Shown here piece after piece: positions 1-8,805 of a stretch of DNA of 64,000 nt. Where the stretch lies: positions 2,509 through 66,508 of the forward strand of contig JBBTQL010000011.1 in NCBI GenBank assembly GCA_038065715.1, read 5' to 3'. Under the pieces are notes generated by a model. That model was not told the origin of the DNA, searched no databases, and was given only the letters and a program-made list of their open reading frames with translations. The position numbers and the translations under genes are program-made. How positions within the stretch are numbered: position 1 is the stretch's first letter; each line of letters starts with the position of its first letter. The stretch comes from Patescibacteria group bacterium. Lineage in GTDB: Bacteria > Patescibacteriota > Minisyncoccia > Minisyncoccales > Staskawiczbacteraceae.

Positions 1-643
1 GGTGCCTTAAAAAAGTTTCAGCAAAATAAAACTTGGGAATAATTTTATTCAAAACATTAATCGTTCTATTACTGCTGTTCCTGAATGGAAACAAATTATG
101 CTTTAAATAAAAATCGTCTTTTAACCATGTTTCCACCACTTCCTCAGTTTTTTTTATAAGCTCGGGATAATCATCTCCCATTTCTAAAAAAGTTTCCAAG
201 AGTCCTGAAGACCAATAATAATAATGGAGGCCACTTTTTCTTTTTTTTATGTTATAAGTTCCCAAAAGATTATTATCTTTAAAAAAATAATCTAAAATTT
301 TATTTATCGCCTCGTCTAAAAGCGTTTTAACACTTTGATTTTTTGTCTTTTTCCAAATTAAAAAAAGGCCGCCTAAATACTCATCAATTTTATATGAATA
401 TATTATATTTTTTTCAGCTAATATTTCATCAAACGAAAATTCTCTTGATTTTTTTACTTGCTGTACTAAAAAATCTGTCTCTTTAAAATAAATAAAGAAG
501 GGCGCAATATCATCAAGGTGTCCAAAAATAGTATATGAAGAAGGGGGGAAATTTCTCGATATAAGACCCTCCTTATTCAGGTAATATTTTTTAAAATTGT
601 TTATTATAAATTGTGCTTGTGAAAAAAGATATTTATCAATCAT
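1..643 (-). CDS. hypothetical protein, partial (C-terminus lies beyond window start)
   Basis: This ORF is not in the track. I translated the minus strand by hand from the ATG at 643..641 (MIDKYLFSQAQFIINNFKKYYLNKEGLISRNFPPSSYTIFGHLDD...) and found no stop down to position 2. It is on the same strand as, and 20 nt downstream of, the 664..1320 gene. I recognised no family. Confidence 0.55.
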   Translation of the reverse strand, partial: MIDKYLFSQAQFIINNFKKYYLNKEGLISRNFPPSSYTIFGHLDDIAPFFIYFKETDFLVQQVKKSREFSFDEILAEKNIIYSYKIDEYLGGLFLIWKKTKNQSVKTLLDEAINKILDYFFKDNNLLGTYNIKKRKSGLHYYYWSSGLLETFLEMGDDYPELIKKTEEVVETWLKDDFYLKHNLFPFRNSSNRTINVLNKIIPKFYFAETFLRH

Positions 644-663
644 ATTATAGTGGCCTGTACTAA

Positions 664-1320
664 TTAAGACTTTATTAAAAAGTATTTACCAGTAAGTTTA
701 TCTCTTGATAATTTATATTTAGTATCTCTAAAATATTCATCTATTGCTTTTTTCGCCCCAGGAAATTTATAATTTTCATTTCCGTTATCGTATTCATCAA
801 ACAGAACTACTCCTCCTTTAACTACTTTAGGAAATAGCTGTTCAAGGCATATTTTGTAAGAGTTATATAAATCAACATCTAAATGGAGAAAAGAAATCTC
901 TGAAATACCGCAGCTCGGAAGGGTATCTTGAAAAAAACCTTTGATAATTTTTATATGTGAATCAATCCAATAATTTTTAAATCCTAATACAACAAGAATT
1001 TTAGCGACATCTTCAGCTTCAATATATTTTAATTCTCCTTTTTTAGCATTCCTTGGGCTCTGGTCATATAAAGACGGATATGGAAATCCTTCAAAAGAAT
1101 CAAACCCCCATAATTTTTTTGGCAAATCTGCATCCCGTAAAAATGTTGCCAGGGCATTAAAAGTGTGCATATTTCCAACTCCGCATTCTACAATGTCGCC
1201 CTTAAGACCAGACGCCCTATCAAACAGCCTTTGCATATAAAAATATCTTACTCCCACGTGGCTGAGTTTATACCCAAAAAAATATACGACATATTTTACA
1301 ATTTTTTTAAAAAAATTCAT
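664..1320 (-). CDS. TylF/MycF-family SAM-dependent O-methyltransferase
   Basis: 218 aa. It carries ECGVGNMHT, WGFDSFEGFP and FLHLDVDLYNSY...GGVVLFDEY, the pattern typical of macrocin-O-methyltransferase-like sugar methyltransferases. Confidence 0.75.
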   Translation of the reverse strand: MNFFKKIVKYVVYFFGYKLSHVGVRYFYMQRLFDRASGLKGDIVECGVGNMHTFNALATFLRDADLPKKLWGFDSFEGFPYPSLYDQSPRNAKKGELKYIEAEDVAKILVVLGFKNYWIDSHIKIIKGFFQDTLPSCGISEISFLHLDVDLYNSYKICLEQLFPKVVKGGVVLFDEYDNGNENYKFPGAKKAIDEYFRDTKYKLSRDKLTGKYFLIKS

Positions 1321-2372
1321 GAAAATATCTTGTTTTTAATAGACATCCTTAAAAATACCATTTTAATTTTATAAAATTCAATTTTTTTATAAAAATCTAA
1401 TTTTTTCACCACATATTTTTTTTGTTTAGCATCTTTATAAATTTTTTGGGCAAATTCATAATAATTTTTAGCTACTGTATCTATAGAAAATTCCTTGATT
1501 CTTTTTATGTAATAATTATAGTTTTTTGCCACCTTATCAATTTTTTCTATTATATCGCGCTCTGCAAAAAAAAATTCTCCTCCCTTTCCAACCAATTCCA
1601 AATGGCCTCCGCTGTTTAAAACTACTGCAGGAAGCCCGCAAGATAAAGCTTCTATTAAAGAATTCGAGCAAGGGTCATTCTGGCTGGCAGTTATATAAAT
1701 ATCGTGTTCTTTCAAAATATTTGCAAGTTCAATGGAACTCACCGGCTTGATGTGTTTTATATTTTTAAAATAAACAGGAGAATTGCCGACAAATGTCATT
1801 TCATATTTTGAAAAATTTAAATTTTCATCAAGATATTTATAAATATCAAACCCTTTTCTCATATTAGACGACCAGCTTGTGGCAATAAGCCTTGTCTTGC
1901 CCTGCCCAAATGCCCTTTTGTTTTTTTTATTAAAAATATCCTTGTTAGGCGCATTATAAATAGACGTTTGATATTTTGTTGGAATCTGGAAAAAATTCAT
2001 ATTTTCTTTGAGGCACCATTTAGACTGAAAAATTGTGCCGTCGGCAATCAAATTATTAAATCGATAGATTATTCTATCCAAATTTTTATTTCTTCCTCTT
2101 ATCAAGTAAACAGGCCCATCAATGCGATGAATAAAAATTTTTTCGCTGAAATTTTTTTTAATTTTAAAAACTTCCTCAAGATTATGATGGCTGTTAAACA
2201 AAATTACGTCTGCTATTTGCGGAGATTCTTCATAAATCCCTTTTTTTATAAATTCTTCTTTCAGTGCTTTCAAAAATTGGTTTCCCCCTCCCCACGGCTG
2301 GTTTCGCGTTTCATACATTACATTAATTTTCATGGCGAGTTTTTTCATATAAAGAAATATATTGAATAGCAA
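1317..2372 (-). CDS. glycosyltransferase, GT4 (GT-B fold)
   Basis: 351 aa. The C-terminal motif is YITASQNDPCSNSLIEALSCGLPAVV. The track start overlaps the upstream gene by 50 nt, so an internal Met (MKINVMYE, about 2333) is the more likely start. Confidence 0.8.
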   Translation of the reverse strand: MLFNIFLYMKKLAMKINVMYETRNQPWGGGNQFLKALKEEFIKKGIYEESPQIADVILFNSHHNLEEVFKIKKNFSEKIFIHRIDGPVYLIRGRNKNLDRIIYRFNNLIADGTIFQSKWCLKENMNFFQIPTKYQTSIYNAPNKDIFNKKNKRAFGQGKTRLIATSWSSNMRKGFDIYKYLDENLNFSKYEMTFVGNSPVYFKNIKHIKPVSSIELANILKEHDIYITASQNDPCSNSLIEALSCGLPAVVLNSGGHLELVGKGGEFFFAERDIIEKIDKVAKNYNYYIKRIKEFSIDTVAKNYYEFAQKIYKDAKQKKYVVKKLDFYKKIEFYKIKMVFLRMSIKNKIFS

Positions 2373-3468
2373 TTTTTTCTATATCAAAAAATTTAGCACG
2401 CTCTTCAGCTCCCAATTCAATTTTTTTCCTTAAATTATTATCTTTTAAAATATTTATTACTTTAGCTGCAAAATCATCAGAATCTTTAACTTTTACCAAT
2501 AATCCATTTACATTGTCATTTATTATATCAATTCCACCGGGAATAGAAGCCACTATGGCTTTTCCTTCTTTTAATGCTTCTATAATTGCAACACTGCAAG
2601 CTTCAAGCAGAGAGGGTTTGCAAAAAATATCCGCTCTTCTTAATAAAATTAATTTTTCCTCTTCGTCTTCAATAACGCCAACAAACTGTATATTTTTTTC
2701 AAGATTCATTGAATCAACTAAATCTTTTATCTGTTTTCCAAATTTATTTAACCTTCCAGATAAAATTAATTTTGCGCTTGGAAATTCTTTAATAATTTTC
2801 GGCATTGCTTTAACCATATATTCTATGCCTTTTAATGGCCTCATTCCTGACAAAGAAAATAATACTGGTTCTGTCCCAATTTTAAATTTATTTAAGACAG
2901 ATGCAACATTTTCGGCAGATATTTCTTTTTTCAAAAGAGGCACGCCGTTATTAATTTCAATTATTTTTTCAGGTTTACTCCCAGCGTCCAAGGCATATTT
3001 TTTCATACAGCCGCCTACAATAACATGTTTCGCGCTTTTTTTCAGTATAAAACGGATTATTGGGTTAATAAAAGGCCTTAATCTGAATCCATAATTTATT
3101 TCTGGCTGTATCATTATATCAACCCCATGAGAAGTAATTATAAAAGGCTGCTTTATAAAACCAAATGTTTTTAAAAAAGCAATCTGAAATGCTTGTGTTT
3201 CTGCGCTGTGCACATGTATTACATCTGGAGAAATCTCTTTAATTTTGCGCCACAGTTCAATTGTTCCATAAATTATCCCTTTATTATCTAATTTTATCAG
3301 TACTGGAAAGCCGTTGCTTTTTTTATTCAAAAATCTTTTACCATCGTTAAAAGACAGCAAAAATAATTCAACGCCTTTTTCAGCCAAAGCTTCAGAAAGA
3401 TATTTAACTTGAAATTGCACCCCTCCTGTCGCGGGCAAAAAAGATGCAGATATCATGCATACTCGCAT
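2323..3468 (-). CDS. glycosyltransferase, GT4
   Basis: 381 aa. The N-terminus is MRVCMISASFLPATGGVQ and the C-terminal motif is CKPSLLEACSVAIIEALKEGKAIVAS. Confidence 0.8.
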   Translation of the reverse strand: MRVCMISASFLPATGGVQFQVKYLSEALAEKGVELFLLSFNDGKRFLNKKSNGFPVLIKLDNKGIIYGTIELWRKIKEISPDVIHVHSAETQAFQIAFLKTFGFIKQPFIITSHGVDIMIQPEINYGFRLRPFINPIIRFILKKSAKHVIVGGCMKKYALDAGSKPEKIIEINNGVPLLKKEISAENVASVLNKFKIGTEPVLFSLSGMRPLKGIEYMVKAMPKIIKEFPSAKLILSGRLNKFGKQIKDLVDSMNLEKNIQFVGVIEDEEEKLILLRRADIFCKPSLLEACSVAIIEALKEGKAIVASIPGGIDIINDNVNGLLVKVKDSDDFAAKVINILKDNNLRKKIELGAEERAKFFDIEKIAIQYISLYEKTRHEN

Positions 3469-3470
3469 AT

Positions 3471-4574
3471 TTAAGCGCTTTGTTTAAGTAATAAATCTAT
3501 TATCCTTTTTGATGATTCTTTTTCGCCAAAAGGATTTTCCCAATTTCTTTTTATGTTTGCCATCTTTATAGCTTTTTTAAGAATATTTAAAGGATCTGTT
3601 CCAGCTAAAACATTACTTCTAATTTCTAATGTTTCTGGCCTTTCTGTATTTTCTCTTAAAGTAACGCAAGGAACCTTCAAAATACAGGCCTCTTCCTGCA
3701 CCCCGCCAGAATCAGTAAAAATTATTTTTGCATTGCTTTCAAGCTGTAAAAAATCCAGATAACCAACAGGATGGATTGTTTTTATGTTTTTTGGAACTTT
3801 CAGCTCAAATTTTTTAATCATTTTTTCGGTTCTCGGATGCATTGGGAAAATAATCGGCAGCTTAAAATTATCAGCCACCAGCTCTATACCACTTAAAATT
3901 TTTTTAAGGTTTTCTTTTGAATCTACATTTTCTGGGCGGTGCGCGGTGAATAATATAAACTGCTGACTTTCCAGACTAATGTCTTTTACAATACCCGATC
4001 TTTTTTTTGAAATTTTTAAATTCTGAAAAACTGAATCAACAATGGTACTGCCTGTTATAAAAATTTTATTTTTAGGCACGCCCTCTTTTTCCAAATTTTT
4101 TCCAGCCGCTTTTGTCGGGACAAAAAGCAAATCAGAAGAATGGTCAGTCAAAACTCTGTTTATTTCTTCTGGCATATTTCTATCATAAGATCTAAGCCCG
4201 GCTTCAATATGGCCTATTCTTATCCCAAGTTTTGATGCTACTAACGTGCCAGCTAAAACTGTATTTGTATCGCCCAGAACTAAAATAAATTCTGGCCTTT
4301 CAAAAAATAAAACTTTTTCTATGCCAATGATCATTCTGCTCAATTCTTCTGCATGGGTGCCAGAGCGAGAGCCAATATTGTATTTTGGATGAGGCAATTT
4401 CAATTCTTTGAAAAATATTCTGTCTAAATTTTCAGAATAATGCTGGTTTGTGTGTAAAATAAAAAAATTGATTTTTTTATCAACGCATTCTCTAATAACA
4501 GGGCTCATTTTTATTATTTCAGGGCGCGTTCCCAAAATAATTCCTATTTTAAATTTCTTTTTATTAAGATGCAT
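3471..4574 (-). CDS. wecB: UDP-N-acetylglucosamine 2-epimerase (non-hydrolysing)
   Basis: 367 aa. GTRPEIIKMSPVI, HIEAGLRSYDRNMPEEINR and DSGGVQEEA are hallmark WecB/MnaA motifs. Confidence 0.85.
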   Translation of the reverse strand: MHLNKKKFKIGIILGTRPEIIKMSPVIRECVDKKINFFILHTNQHYSENLDRIFFKELKLPHPKYNIGSRSGTHAEELSRMIIGIEKVLFFERPEFILVLGDTNTVLAGTLVASKLGIRIGHIEAGLRSYDRNMPEEINRVLTDHSSDLLFVPTKAAGKNLEKEGVPKNKIFITGSTIVDSVFQNLKISKKRSGIVKDISLESQQFILFTAHRPENVDSKENLKKILSGIELVADNFKLPIIFPMHPRTEKMIKKFELKVPKNIKTIHPVGYLDFLQLESNAKIIFTDSGGVQEEACILKVPCVTLRENTERPETLEIRSNVLAGTDPLNILKKAIKMANIKRNWENPFGEKESSKRIIDLLLKQSA

Positions 4575-5721
4575 ATAGTTCTTGGTATATTCTTTTTTCC
4601 ATTTCTAAAATTTTTTCCAAGCTAAATTTATTTACGATTGTTTTCCTCGCATTTTCTCCGAGGTTATTTTTAAGAACATTATCTTCCATTAGAGTTATTA
4701 TAGAATTCCTGACAGATTGTATATTGTTTTGGCATAGAATTCCATTTTTTTTATGTTCAATCACGCTGTTTATACCCCAAACATCCATTCCTATGCAAGG
4801 CAAACCGCAAGCCATTGCTTCTAAAAGCGTTTTAGGGCTTCCGCCCTCAGAGAAAGAAAGAATCGTATAAATTTCGCAAGAATTTAAAAGCTCTGGCAAG
4901 TCTTCGTTTTTAATTCTGCCAAAAATTTTCCCGTTTATTTTGTATTCTTCCATTTTTTTCTTTATTTCTCCCTCGAGCGATCCTCCTCCAATCATGAATA
5001 ATTCTATATTATTTAAATTTTTAACAGCTTCAATCAAAAGTAAGGGCTGTTTTCTTGGCTCAAATCTTGCTAAAAAACAAACTCTGCCTCTTTTTTTACC
5101 TGCAATGCGCAACGGATAAAATTTATTAATATCAATCCAATTAGGGTTTATTTTTATTTTATTTTCCGATATTTTAAATTTTTTTTTAATATATTCTGCT
5201 TCTTCTTGGCTTGGTACACAAACAATATTGCTTAAGCGGCACACTAAATATTCATTTAAAAACATAATCGCCTGAATTGCCCTTTTTTTAGGATACATTA
5301 TTAAAGAAGGAATAAATCCGCATCTAGCAATATTCTTTTTTTTAAAAATTACCTTGCAAAATACCGCCACAAGGCCGCCCCACATCTGATGAGATTTTAT
5401 AATATCTGCTTCTTTTAATAATTTGTAATGAATAATAGGCAGGAAAAACGCATATGCTAATGAAAAAATTTTCGACGGCTTAGAGCTTGATAAAAATGGA
5501 TTTGGAACAATCGTTATATTGTTTGCTAAATATTTTTTATATTGCAGATCTTCTTTACCGCCATAAGTAAAAAAATAAATATGTTTTAAATCTTTACTGA
5601 TTTCATTATATAGGGCCGTGTCCCTAATTATCAAACCCATGTCATACCAAGTTTTAAGAGATACTCCAAAAGTAAAAAAAAGAACGAGCGTCTTGTCTTT
5701 TAATTCTTTATTATCGTGCAT
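4564..5721 (-). CDS. glycosyltransferase, GT4
   Basis: 385 aa. It has the C-terminal motif SFSEGGSPKTLLEAMACGLPCIG. Confidence 0.75.
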   Translation of the reverse strand: MHDNKELKDKTLVLFFTFGVSLKTWYDMGLIIRDTALYNEISKDLKHIYFFTYGGKEDLQYKKYLANNITIVPNPFLSSSKPSKIFSLAYAFFLPIIHYKLLKEADIIKSHQMWGGLVAVFCKVIFKKKNIARCGFIPSLIMYPKKRAIQAIMFLNEYLVCRLSNIVCVPSQEEAEYIKKKFKISENKIKINPNWIDINKFYPLRIAGKKRGRVCFLARFEPRKQPLLLIEAVKNLNNIELFMIGGGSLEGEIKKKMEEYKINGKIFGRIKNEDLPELLNSCEIYTILSFSEGGSPKTLLEAMACGLPCIGMDVWGINSVIEHKKNGILCQNNIQSVRNSIITLMEDNVLKNNLGENARKTIVNKFSLEKILEMEKRIYQELYAS

Positions 5722-5735
5722 AAAATTCCGAGCTT

Positions 5736-6527
5736 TTATCCCTTTAACTTATTATTAATTTCTTCAACTATTTTATGAAGCTTTAAATCAACCCCTTGAT
5801 TGTCTGCAAACTGGATTAAAGCCTTGATATCTTTTGGCAGGCATTTCCCGCCATAGCCTCTGTATCCTTTATGAAAAATTTCCAAGTGCGTTCTGCCTAT
5901 TCTTTTATCGGCTGCCGCCGCCGAAGCAACTTCTTCGTAATCAATTTTTAATTTCTGGCATAAATTATACATTTGGTTAGCAAAAATAACCTTAATGGAA
6001 AACCATGTGTTGCCAAAATATTTTACCATTTCTGCTTCTTCTGAAGGCATTATTTTTTCAAAGGGAGCTAATGGTAAAATTTGCATAATATCTCCTGCAA
6101 TATTATAGCTTTGTTCTGTATAACCTAAAATTTGCCTATCGGGAAACTTCATATCCTGATCTGCAGTAAGTTCTGTTAAAAATTCAGGATTAAACAAAAA
6201 TTTATGATTGGGATATTTTTTTTGCATATTTTTCGTGGTTCCAGGCAAAACAGTAGACTTTATTATAATTATTTTATTGCCTAATATAGCAGAAACAGCC
6301 TCCTCAACAAAAGATAAGTCAAAACCTTTTTTCTCGTCAAAGGGAGTGGGCACGCAAATGAATATAATATCTGCTTTGTTTACATCTTCAATAAAACCTT
6401 CGTTTTTCCCTTTATCATAAAATAAAACTTCAAATTCTTTTTCTTGAAAATATCTTTTTATGGACCCCCCTACCATGCCCAAACCCATTATCCCTATTTT
6501 AAAATATTTTAAATTTTTGTTTTCCAT
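5736..6527 (-). CDS. UDP-glucose/GDP-mannose dehydrogenase family protein, short form
   Basis: 263 aa. It has the Rossmann motif IGIMGLGMVGGS and the catalytic-Cys motif GGKCLPKD. The protein ends after the central domain, so the usual C-terminal UDP-binding domain is absent. Confidence 0.7.
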   Translation of the reverse strand: MENKNLKYFKIGIMGLGMVGGSIKRYFQEKEFEVLFYDKGKNEGFIEDVNKADIIFICVPTPFDEKKGFDLSFVEEAVSAILGNKIIIIKSTVLPGTTKNMQKKYPNHKFLFNPEFLTELTADQDMKFPDRQILGYTEQSYNIAGDIMQILPLAPFEKIMPSEEAEMVKYFGNTWFSIKVIFANQMYNLCQKLKIDYEEVASAAAADKRIGRTHLEIFHKGYRGYGGKCLPKDIKALIQFADNQGVDLKLHKIVEEINNKLKG

Positions 6528-6533
6528 AATTTT

Positions 6534-7871
6534 TTATTTAACTTTACCAGAAAATAATTCATTCTTTAACAAATGAGTTGCAATATTACTGACTAACGGA
6601 TCAGAAGATTGTTTCTTCTCCTGTAAAAATTGTCGTTCTATTTTTTTATTAAGCGATCTTCTTGCCACAACGTATTGGACAGCTCTTCTCGCGTCTTCTT
6701 GATGATGATCAGGGACTTCTTCGAAAAGCTGACATACTTTTCCAATTTCAGCAGATGCCGCATCTGGCGCTTGCTGGAAAAGCATTATTTTTACGAGCTC
6801 TTGAAATTTTTTACCTTCATATTTTTTCATTTCGGCTGTTTCTTCTTCATTTATACCTTTTTCTATCTCTTGCCAGATATCTTGAGGAATTCTATTTTTT
6901 GGAAATTTATATTCGCCTATTGGATTAAGTTCTGGAGCAAAAATTTGGGCATAAAGAGATGTGTCTTTGCCCCCTGCAAGAAAAGTTAATATAATACCGG
7001 ATTCCCTTTTCATTGCCTTTGAACGCTCCATTCCATATTCTGTTGAAAGAGGAAACATATTGCGCAATGGCATTTCAAGGTAATGAACAATATTAGTCCA
7101 ACTATTTTGGGGTTCTGAAGCTTCCGAAAATTCTTCTACCGGTAAATTATTAAATAAAGGAAATGCTTCATCGTAAGAAAGTCGTTCGTCGGGATAAACT
7201 GCCGCTCCGCGCTGCGCTCCGTCTGTAACTACGTTTCTTACAAATTCACGGCTTCCCAAAATACCTGCTAAACGGTCTATTGATTGCACGTGATGCGCCA
7301 CTGGATCTCTTTCTTCGTTCTTCCCGCCATGAAACAAAGTGGCTCCAATAACCCTTCTGTTAAAAGCTTTTGACGCTTCAATTATTTGTGAATCGTCTTC
7401 TTTTGCCTTATGCTTCTTAGCAAACATAGAACCAAGATACCCGCTGAGTGCCGCATGAAACTGAATTTGTTTTCCTTTTTTAAAATCCATGGCCCCACTT
7501 CTCTCTTTTAGCAAGAGTTCAGGATAGCGACCCAAATCGTGAAGCAGGGAGCCAAACAATACCATATATTTCTCACTGTTCTTAAGCCCTCCTTGTTCAG
7601 ATAAGTAAAGAAATTCTAACAAATCATACGAAATATGCACTTGGTCGTGGCCAAGGGTTTTGCGATGCTCCTTTGTTTCCCAAAGACTCAAAAGTTCTTC
7701 TAACGCCCTTTGAAATTCCAAATTATGTTTTTCAAGAAGTTGTTCAAAAACATTTTCAGGAATCTCCTGATCTTCTTTCACTAAAAGTTCTTTTGAAAAA
7801 CGCTCCATTACTTCTGGCGCATCCTCGGGTATTTCGTTATAAATTTCAGGTTGCCCTGGTTCTTTTTCCAT
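6534..7871 (-). CDS. HD-domain-like protein of unknown function
   Basis: 445 aa and Glu-rich. The H...HD...D-like pattern (GHDQVH, LLHDLGRYPE, AHHVQSID) suggests a metal-dependent phosphohydrolase fold. Composition is atypical: one 60-nt line (7201-7260) counts 55% G+C. It sits 6-7 nt from both neighbours. Confidence 0.5.
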   Translation of the reverse strand: MEKEPGQPEIYNEIPEDAPEVMERFSKELLVKEDQEIPENVFEQLLEKHNLEFQRALEELLSLWETKEHRKTLGHDQVHISYDLLEFLYLSEQGGLKNSEKYMVLFGSLLHDLGRYPELLLKERSGAMDFKKGKQIQFHAALSGYLGSMFAKKHKAKEDDSQIIEASKAFNRRVIGATLFHGGKNEERDPVAHHVQSIDRLAGILGSREFVRNVVTDGAQRGAAVYPDERLSYDEAFPLFNNLPVEEFSEASEPQNSWTNIVHYLEMPLRNMFPLSTEYGMERSKAMKRESGIILTFLAGGKDTSLYAQIFAPELNPIGEYKFPKNRIPQDIWQEIEKGINEEETAEMKKYEGKKFQELVKIMLFQQAPDAASAEIGKVCQLFEEVPDHHQEDARRAVQYVVARRSLNKKIERQFLQEKKQSSDPLVSNIATHLLKNELFSGKVK

Positions 7872-7878
7872 ATTTATT

Positions 7879-8796
7879 TTAAAGTTTATTTAAATTTTTT
7901 TGAAACCATTCTTTAACCAAATCAACTCCGTCTTTAAAATCAATTTTTGGCTCCCAGCCAAGAAGGTTTTTTGCTAAACTGACGTCTGCCTCTGTATAAC
8001 GGATATCTCCTTGCCTTTCAGGCAGATATTTTACTTCGCCTCCAATTGCTTTGCTTAAATAATTAATTGAATAAGACTTGCTGCTTCCAACATTAATAAT
8101 TTCTCCGCCATTTATTTTTTCGCTTTCTGCGGTTTTAATGTTTGCCTCTACAACATCATCAATATAGCAAAATCCCCTGGTCTGTTCTCCGTCGCCAAAA
8201 ATTGTAAGAGGCTGATTTTGGGCATTCAATTTTAAAAACTTGCCGATAACTAAGCTATAATCAGAATTAAAATCAATTCTTGGACCATAAACATTAAAAT
8301 ACCTCAAACAAATTATTGGCGTTTTATAAAGATTAACAAACAACTTTGCAAACTGCTCGCCAGCCAGTTTTTGCATAGCATAAGGGCTAAGCGGGTTTGG
8401 CGTCATATTCTCTTCTAAAGGCAGTTTTTTTTGGTCTCCATAAACAGAAGAGGAAGAAGCAAAAATAATCCTTTTTACTTTGGCATCAATTCCTGCTTTA
8501 AATACATTTACTGTGCCTAAAATATTAACTTTTGAAGTCAAAACAGGGTCTAAAACTGAAACTGGCACTCTTGGAATGGCTGCTAAATGAAAAACATAAT
8601 CAACTCCTTTAAAAAGGGGCTTAATTTTTTCAAAGTCGCAAATATCCAATTGGTGAAATTTCGCCTTAGGATTTACGTTTTCTTTTCTGCCAGCAGAAAG
8701 ATTATCAATAACTATGACTTTGTAATTTTTTTCTATTAATTTGTCTGTAAGGTGGCTGCCTATAAATCCAGCTCCCCCTGTAACTATGCATTTCAT
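7879..8796 (-). CDS. NAD-dependent epimerase/dehydratase (extended SDR, GalE/UXS-like)
   Basis: 305 aa. It has TGGAGFIGSHL, YAMQKLAGE (YxxxK) and RYFNVYGPR. Confidence 0.8.
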   Translation of the reverse strand: MKCIVTGGAGFIGSHLTDKLIEKNYKVIVIDNLSAGRKENVNPKAKFHQLDICDFEKIKPLFKGVDYVFHLAAIPRVPVSVLDPVLTSKVNILGTVNVFKAGIDAKVKRIIFASSSSVYGDQKKLPLEENMTPNPLSPYAMQKLAGEQFAKLFVNLYKTPIICLRYFNVYGPRIDFNSDYSLVIGKFLKLNAQNQPLTIFGDGEQTRGFCYIDDVVEANIKTAESEKINGGEIINVGSSKSYSINYLSKAIGGEVKYLPERQGDIRYTEADVSLAKNLLGWEPKIDFKDGVDLVKEWFQKNLNKL

Positions 8797-8805
8797 ATTT
8801 TATTT

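Noticed and set aside
2513-3094. Long plus-strand ORFs in the track, opposite minus-strand genes. Examples are 2513..3094, 8837..9373, 13711..14151, 14148..14597, 22505..22993, 32649..33104, 55803..56162 and 59783..60178, among many others.
   Set aside because: Each lies entirely antisense to a minus-strand gene with clear family motifs. Their translations are low-complexity (F/L/I/S/K-rich) with no motifs. Long shadow ORFs are expected in AT-rich DNA, where stop codons are depleted on the antisense strand of Lys/Asn/Ile-rich genes.
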